DNA from: a bacterium
GTDB taxonomy: Bacteria; Hinthialibacterota; Hinthialibacteria; Hinthialibacterales; Hinthialibacteraceae
Assembly: GCA_963662285.2 (NCBI GenBank)
Contig: CAXXMV010000001.1
Coordinates: 1,024,001-1,088,000, forward strand
Length of the DNA stretch: 64,000 nt
Direction of reading: 5' to 3'
The notes beneath the pieces were generated by a model. That model saw only the letters and a list, made by a program, of their open reading frames with translations. It did not search any database and had not been told where the DNA came from. Shown here piece by piece: positions 58,872-64,000 of this stretch. The stretch's first letter is position 1; every line of letters begins with the position of its first letter. The position numbers and the translations under genes were made by a program.

Positions 58872-60224
58872 ATGTTCAATTTTCTAAAAAAAGATAGAAT
58901 TATAGCCGAACCTAGTTATAACCGTTGGTTGGTTCCACCCGCTGCATTATGCATCCATTTATCCATCGGGCAAGTTTACGCCTTCAGCGTCTTCAATCTA
59001 CCCTTAACCCGCGTCATAGGGATTACTGAATCCACTCAGCAAGATTGGAAATTAACTACCTTAGGGTGGATTTTTAGTATTGCCATTGTGTTTCTTGGAT
59101 TATCCGCCGCAATTCTCGGAAAATGGGTTGAATCCGGCGGCCCGCGCCGTGCGGCATTCTGGTCAGCCTTTTGTTTCGGGGGAGGCTTTTTAGTTGCGGC
59201 CTTGGGTGTACATATCCACAATATCTGGTTGGTATATCTGGGATATGGCGTTTTAGGAGGCATCGGTTTGGGATTGGGATATATCTCTCCGGTCTCCACC
59301 CTGATTAAATGGTTCCCCGATCGCCCAGGCATGGCGACAGGCATGGCCATTATGGGCTTTGGCGGCGGCGCCATGATTGGCGCTCCCCTGTCTGTAAAAC
59401 TAATGAATTATTTTGCTTCAGCAGATTCGGTTGGAGTTAAAGAAACTTTTATCGTTATGGGGCTAATGTATTTATGCGTTATGCTGGTCGGGGCTGCGTT
59501 TTTCCGCATTCCCCCGCGAGGCTGGAAGCCGAAGGGATATAAAGCGCCCAAAAAACCAAAAGATTTAGTAACCAGCGCACACGTTCATGCGGATACAGCC
59601 ATTCGGACTCCTCAATTCTATCTGCTGTGGATCGTTTTATGCATGAATGTTACAGCGGGAATCGGCGTATTAGGCCAAGCCTCGGCTATGAGTCAGGAAA
59701 TGTTTCCGGGCGTTATCAGCGCCAGCGCGGCGGCGGGTTTCGTGGGCTTGTTAAGTCTGGGCAATATGGTGGGACGCTTTATATGGTCCAGCGCCTCTGA
59801 TTATCTGGGCAGAAAAACGACCTATGCCATCTACTTTATTCTAGGCATTGTTCTCTACGCATTTATACCATCCACCGGAAAAATGAACAGCGTCGCCTTG
59901 TTTGTGATCTGCTACGTCATAATCATCAGCATGTATGGCGGAGGATTCGCTACCATACCGGCCTACTTACGCGACATTTTCGGAACCATGCACGTGGGGG
60001 CTATTCATGGCCGATTGTTGACCGCCTGGTCTACCGCCGGAATTTTCGGCCCGGTATTGGTAAACTATATCCGCCAGTATCAAATAGACCATGGCGTCGC
60101 CAAGGCTGAAGCCTATACGGTGACAATGTACATTATGGCCGCTTTGCTGGTTATCGGATTACTCTGCAACCGGGCCATGAAGGCCGTTGATGCCAGGCAT
60201 CACATGAAGAAGGAGATAATATGA
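58872..60224 (+). CDS. MFS transporter, oxalate/formate antiporter (OFA) family
   Basis: RWLVPPAALCIHLSIGQVYAFSVF, KWFPDRPGMATG, YGGGFATIPAYL.D.FG..HVGAIHGRLLTAWS. Confidence 0.92.
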   Translation: MFNFLKKDRIIAEPSYNRWLVPPAALCIHLSIGQVYAFSVFNLPLTRVIGITESTQQDWKLTTLGWIFSIAIVFLGLSAAILGKWVESGGPRRAAFWSAFCFGGGFLVAALGVHIHNIWLVYLGYGVLGGIGLGLGYISPVSTLIKWFPDRPGMATGMAIMGFGGGAMIGAPLSVKLMNYFASADSVGVKETFIVMGLMYLCVMLVGAAFFRIPPRGWKPKGYKAPKKPKDLVTSAHVHADTAIRTPQFYLLWIVLCMNVTAGIGVLGQASAMSQEMFPGVISASAAAGFVGLLSLGNMVGRFIWSSASDYLGRKTTYAIYFILGIVLYAFIPSTGKMNSVALFVICYVIIISMYGGGFATIPAYLRDIFGTMHVGAIHGRLLTAWSTAGIFGPVLVNYIRQYQIDHGVAKAEAYTVTMYIMAALLVIGLLCNRAMKAVDARHHMKKEII

Positions 60225-60427
60225 ATAATATATCAGAAGCGCAGCGCATCTTAAAAGAGAAGCAACTAGAAGTCGAAGCCAATATTGAAGAAACCATGGA
60301 ACACCTCAATGAAGTGGAGGTTGATTCGGCTATAGTAAAACTACTTTTATTCTGGAGTTTTGTCGGCATTCCATTATTTTGGGGCGTAATGCAAACTTTC
60401 GACAAGGCCTTGCAGTTATTCAAGTAA
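60221..60427 (+). CDS. Small membrane protein associated with OFA transporters (MFS small subunit)
   Basis: ATGA overlap with the transporter; LFWSFVGIPLFWGVMQT...ALQLF motif. Confidence 0.75.
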   Translation: MNNISEAQRILKEKQLEVEANIEETMEHLNEVEVDSAIVKLLLFWSFVGIPLFWGVMQTFDKALQLFK

Positions 60428-60610
60428 ACTTTTTGTAAAAATGTCACAGCGAAGACTGCGAAACACTTTAGTAGATAGTCTTTTGAGATGTAGCACGGAT
60501 ATATCTAAAATCAAAATAATCCTCGATAAATTTGATTATCCTGTATTAATTACGGGATTATTAGTTTATAGTATTTTACATAATAAATTTTTCAAAATGG
60601 GAGCGAGGGA

Positions 60611-61069
60611 ATGAATCACACATTCCTTTTTAAAGAAGGATACTGGCAGTCGTCTGGAACTTATACAGATTCAGATAATAAAACCAATAATGCTGAAGGC
60701 TTTTCAAATATTATCCATAACGAAGACAAGTGGATTTTGAACGGATCGCTGCAAGTGATTGATGGTGATAATTCCAGAGAAATCAATAATTTGTATGAGA
60801 TTACTCCGGTTGATAAAGAGTGTCACACGGCTTCATGGTTCGCAGAAAATCCATCTATTGGAAAGTTGAACGGGCTTTTTGCGATTATAGGAGATGTAAT
60901 TCTCTCCACTTTTTCATCAGAAGAAAAACAATACTCCGGCGTCGAATGCATTATCAGGATTGATGATGATAACTACAGTATTCGTGGAATATTACTCCAG
61001 GAAGAGAGGAAAATCTCTTCCTGGTCAACCAACTTGAAAAGAGTAGAGCAAAACACTGCTCCTGCATGA
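60611..61069 (+). CDS. Hypothetical beta-rich protein
   Basis: GAGG SD; 152-aa ORF with HTFL..GYW..G and NPSIGKLNG motifs; function unknown. Confidence 0.7.
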   Translation: MNHTFLFKEGYWQSSGTYTDSDNKTNNAEGFSNIIHNEDKWILNGSLQVIDGDNSREINNLYEITPVDKECHTASWFAENPSIGKLNGLFAIIGDVILSTFSSEEKQYSGVECIIRIDDDNYSIRGILLQEERKISSWSTNLKRVEQNTAPA

Positions 61070-61083
61070 TTTATAATAAAAAT

Positions 61084-61121
61084 AAAACGCGCTGACCAGT
61101 TCAATGGTTGCAGCGCGTTTT
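61084..61121. terminator. Bidirectional terminator
   Basis: aaaacgcgctg/cagcgcgtttt stem between convergent genes. Confidence 0.8.
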
Positions 61122-61151
61122 GAGTAATCTTAAAGTATGAATAATCAAAAA

Positions 61152-62621
61152 TCATAGAGGACGCATAAGTGGAAAATATACTGTACTCTTGATATTTTCT
61201 TCGTTGGTAAACAGGGCCGCCAAGCGGTCAATTCCCATACCCCAGCCTGAGATAGGCGGCATGCCGTATTCCATGCAATGAACATAATCTTCATCAAATT
61301 CCATCGCTTCATCATCGCCCGCATCGCGCAGGTTTTGCTGCTTCATCAGGCGTTGACGCTGATCGACGGGATCAACCAGTTCTGAATAGGCATTGACGAT
61401 CTCCATACCAGCCACAACAACCTGGAAGCGGTCTGTGATGGAGGGATCTTCATCGTTGGCTCTGGCAAGGGGCGACAACTCTGTAGGATGAGATGTGAGG
61501 AACATTGGCGACACTATTTTCGGACGGCAGGCTTTTTTGTATACCGTATCGATTAATGCTCCCCAGCCCAACGCATTAATGTTCACATCAGAAAGATCAA
61601 TACCTTTATCTTTAACGCATGCCAGCAGCGATTCGCGGTCATTAACTGTGTTAATATCAATATCAGCGCCTTCCAGCAAGACGTCACGCAGGCTTTTGCG
61701 CGGCCATGACGCTGAGAAATCAATGGTTTGTTCCATATATTCAAAGGATAATGAACCAAGGGTTGATTCGATAACCGATTTAAGCATTTTCTCGGTATAG
61801 TCCATATTATCCTGATAATTCCAATAGGCCGCGTAATATTCCAGCATCAGGAATTCCTGCAAGTGAGCCGTGGAGATTCCCTCATTACGGAAACAGCGCG
61901 CAAATTCATATACCCGGTCATATCCACCCACGATCAACCGTTTCAAATAGGTCTCAGGGGCAATCCGCATATAAACGTCTAAATCCATCGAGTTATGGTG
62001 GGTAATAAATGGTTTGGCCAATGCTCCAGATGGTTTGGATTGCAGAATCGGCGTCTCTACTTCAACGAAGCCATTGTCTTCCAGGTGATTACGCACATTA
62101 CGGATAAGATTCCGTCGAACATCAAAACGGCGCCGGGAATCCTCGTTCATAATAAGATCAAGATAACGCTGGCGGTAACATGATTCCTGGTCGGTCAGGC
62201 CATGCCATTTCTCAGGTAGAGTAAGCAAAGCTTTTGATAGTAATTGATAAGAACTTACTCTAAGCGTCTTTTCTCCCGTCTTGGTTATGAAAAGAGAACC
62301 TTCCACGCCGATAAAATCGCCGATGTTAATATTTTTCTTAAAAAAAGCATACCCCTCTTTACCCAGATCATCCTGAGTCAAACAAATCTGCATTTTACCC
62401 TGAGCGTCTTGAATATGAGTAAAACTGAGTTTGCCCATTTTGCGGATGGCGATAATTCTTCCCGCAATACGAATGTCTTTGGAATCTTCAGGCAATTCCA
62501 GGGCTTCGTGTAATCGGTGGGTTCGTTCGTAGCGATCAGGAAAAGGATTAACGCCCTCTTCCCGCAGATGCTGGATCATCTCGATCCGTTCGTCGCGCAG
62601 CGTCTTCTTAGGTTCAGACAT
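61152..62621 (-). CDS. lysS: Lysine--tRNA ligase (class II)
   Basis: OB-fold AGRII..RKMGK, YRQRYLDLI, VETPILQ, RIAPETYLKRL, FRNEG, EYGMPP..GMGIDRL. Confidence 0.97.
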   Translation of the reverse strand: MSEPKKTLRDERIEMIQHLREEGVNPFPDRYERTHRLHEALELPEDSKDIRIAGRIIAIRKMGKLSFTHIQDAQGKMQICLTQDDLGKEGYAFFKKNINIGDFIGVEGSLFITKTGEKTLRVSSYQLLSKALLTLPEKWHGLTDQESCYRQRYLDLIMNEDSRRRFDVRRNLIRNVRNHLEDNGFVEVETPILQSKPSGALAKPFITHHNSMDLDVYMRIAPETYLKRLIVGGYDRVYEFARCFRNEGISTAHLQEFLMLEYYAAYWNYQDNMDYTEKMLKSVIESTLGSLSFEYMEQTIDFSASWPRKSLRDVLLEGADIDINTVNDRESLLACVKDKGIDLSDVNINALGWGALIDTVYKKACRPKIVSPMFLTSHPTELSPLARANDEDPSITDRFQVVVAGMEIVNAYSELVDPVDQRQRLMKQQNLRDAGDDEAMEFDEDYVHCMEYGMPPISGWGMGIDRLAALFTNEENIKSTVYFPLMRPL

Positions 62622-62647
62622 AGTTCAGAGAATCCTTATACAATAAT

Positions 62648-62674
62648 AACACCCCGATTGAATACCGGGGTGTT
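62648..62674 (-). terminator. Terminator-like hairpin after the 62748 prepilin gene
   Basis: aacaccccg/cggggtgtt stem followed by a T-rich tract on the minus strand. Confidence 0.6.
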
Positions 62675-62747
62675 TATAACAGACTAATTATAGAATGCGG
62701 AATAGAATCTATACAGGGATATCTAACGCTGCATCAATTAGGAAATA

Positions 62748-63350
62748 TTAAGCGCCTGATCCTCCACCATAGGGACGTGTGATATTACCTGGTCCAAAAC
62801 GGTTGATATCGCCATTGCTATTCAGCCCGTTAGAAGATTCATAGGGCATGCCATATTCGTTGTAGTGGTTTGGACCGATACTGCGAATTTGGTACCGTAC
62901 GACTCCCGCCATTGTTTGATCGTTGCTTCCGCCCGTCCATTGGTTGGGATAACCAGTCCAGATGTTGAAATCAGCGATAAGGCTTTGATTAAGCGGCTGT
63001 ACGTCAGGCTGGGTCGTAATAAAATAGAATGGATCGTAGGCATGTATAAAATTAAATCGTCCAAGAACAGCAGGAGCAAAGGGATCGGGATTAAGAGATG
63101 CTATATAAGAAACCGGAGTAGTGATGCGCCAGATTTGATCCTGTAGAGGGAAATGTCCTCCACTATCCATTTCATACATATCCATTGCCGTTGAATAGGC
63201 GTTCTGATCAGATTGCACGCGAGCGATTTTTGCCCGGATTTGCGCATTAAGAAAATTGGGCACAGCTATGGCGGCCAGGATGCCTATGATTGCCACGACG
63301 ATTAATAACTCGATTAGCGTAAAAGCTTTTGTTCTGTTATTTCTTTTCAT
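62748..63350 (-). CDS. Stand-alone GspG-like prepilin
   Basis: TKA|FTLIELLIVVAIIGILAAIAVPNF; TTPVSY..LNPDPF; SIGPN; YESSNGLNSNGDI; start taken as MKRNN (63350), alternative 63371. Confidence 0.88.
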   Translation of the reverse strand: MKRNNRTKAFTLIELLIVVAIIGILAAIAVPNFLNAQIRAKIARVQSDQNAYSTAMDMYEMDSGGHFPLQDQIWRITTPVSYIASLNPDPFAPAVLGRFNFIHAYDPFYFITTQPDVQPLNQSLIADFNIWTGYPNQWTGGSNDQTMAGVVRYQIRSIGPNHYNEYGMPYESSNGLNSNGDINRFGPGNITRPYGGGSGA

Positions 63351-63571
63351 TTTACCCTTTTTACCTTCCATATATTAATATAATAAGAAATACAAATTAA
63401 TATTATGATAATTGTATAATAACTCACATAATAATTTGAGGCGTCTCTATCAATTACCTGATATTATTATAGGTAACTTGGAATTATTTTACAGACTGAT
63501 TAATAACAAGCCGATCATAAATAAAAAGGAATTATATCCATTTAACAAGATAGAAACAAAAAGGAATAAAA

Positions 63572-64000
63572 ATGAGTAATTCACACGCTAAACAATTGAT
63601 AACACTAATAATTCTGCTGATTATACCTATTGCGTCTTCAGGCGCCCACGAAACAGATAAAGTAGTTTCAGCAACACCGGTAATTCAAGCAACTCAGCAG
63701 GATCAAAACGTTTACTATCTACAAATTCGCGTTATCTTCGCAGGCAAGACGGGAATCTATGGCAACGTAGTCCGTGAACTACGTGATATGAAAACAATAC
63801 TTACCAAGTATTTCAAGTATCCATCATACGAACTATCCAACAACATCCGCCTCAGCCTTTTCGGCGATGAAGAAGCCGCCGCGCTGGTCTTCCCGGATCA
63901 TTATCTCCGCATCATCCCCAAAGGAACAGCTAAAGGTGATAAGCTGAAAGCCAAAGTGGAGTTGTATCACGTCTCATCTGAACGCGATTCACGAACCAGG
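63572..64000 (+). CDS. Secreted hypothetical protein, truncated by the window end
   Basis: Not in the ORF track; AAGGA SD, ATG at 63572, open to 64000 (MSNSHAKQLITLIILLIIPIASSGAHET...) with a signal-peptide-like start. Confidence 0.75.
   Translation, partial: MSNSHAKQLITLIILLIIPIASSGAHETDKVVSATPVIQATQQDQNVYYLQIRVIFAGKTGIYGNVVRELRDMKTILTKYFKYPSYELSNNIRLSLFGDEEAAALVFPDHYLRIIPKGTAKGDKLKAKVELYHVSSERDSRTR

Noticed and set aside
1-64000. tRNA, rRNA, CRISPR arrays, prophage or defence systems
   Set aside because: None recognised by eye; tRNAscan-SE, Infernal, CRISPR finders and DefenseFinder would be needed to exclude them formally

Overview
A 64 kb bacterial chromosomal window. Housekeeping genes (der, plsY, hisA, an sbcC-like ATPase, prfB with its programmed +1 frameshift, lysS) are mixed with sugar-catabolism genes (GH95, PhoD, three Gfo/Idh/MocA oxidoreductases, uxuA, an SDR, a GntR-LacI regulator, ThuA-DUF1080, a Tat-exported isomerase-like protein). 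A small variable segment at 3.2-8.7 kb holds two S12 serine hydrolases, a diguanylate cyclase, a deletion-riddled relic of the first hydrolase, and an IS200 whose HUH motif is mutated. The most unusual feature is a minus-strand operon (30334 to 18692) of four minor pseudopilin/pilin genes in H-I-J-K (FimT-PilV-PilW-PilX) order. The I, J and especially the 2129-aa K subunits are inflated by many Asp-rich G-x-D-[DN]-D-x-D-G-x-x-D-E repeats. The operon has a long structured, GGA-rich leader and a trailing Pro/Thr-linker secreted protein. Elsewhere are two stand-alone GspG-like prepilins with identical N-terminal helices but variable heads, and two unrelated secreted proteins that both end in [ST]-x-[AV]-x-x-W-x-x-Y-stop, a candidate C-terminal sorting signal. 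Together these suggest, as inference only, an unusual T2SS/T4P-like export or surface system. I saw no rRNA, tRNA or CRISPR array. From memory the gene repertoire resembles uncultured diderm lineages such as OLB16/Ca. Hinthialibacterota or Sumerlaeota; this is not verified.
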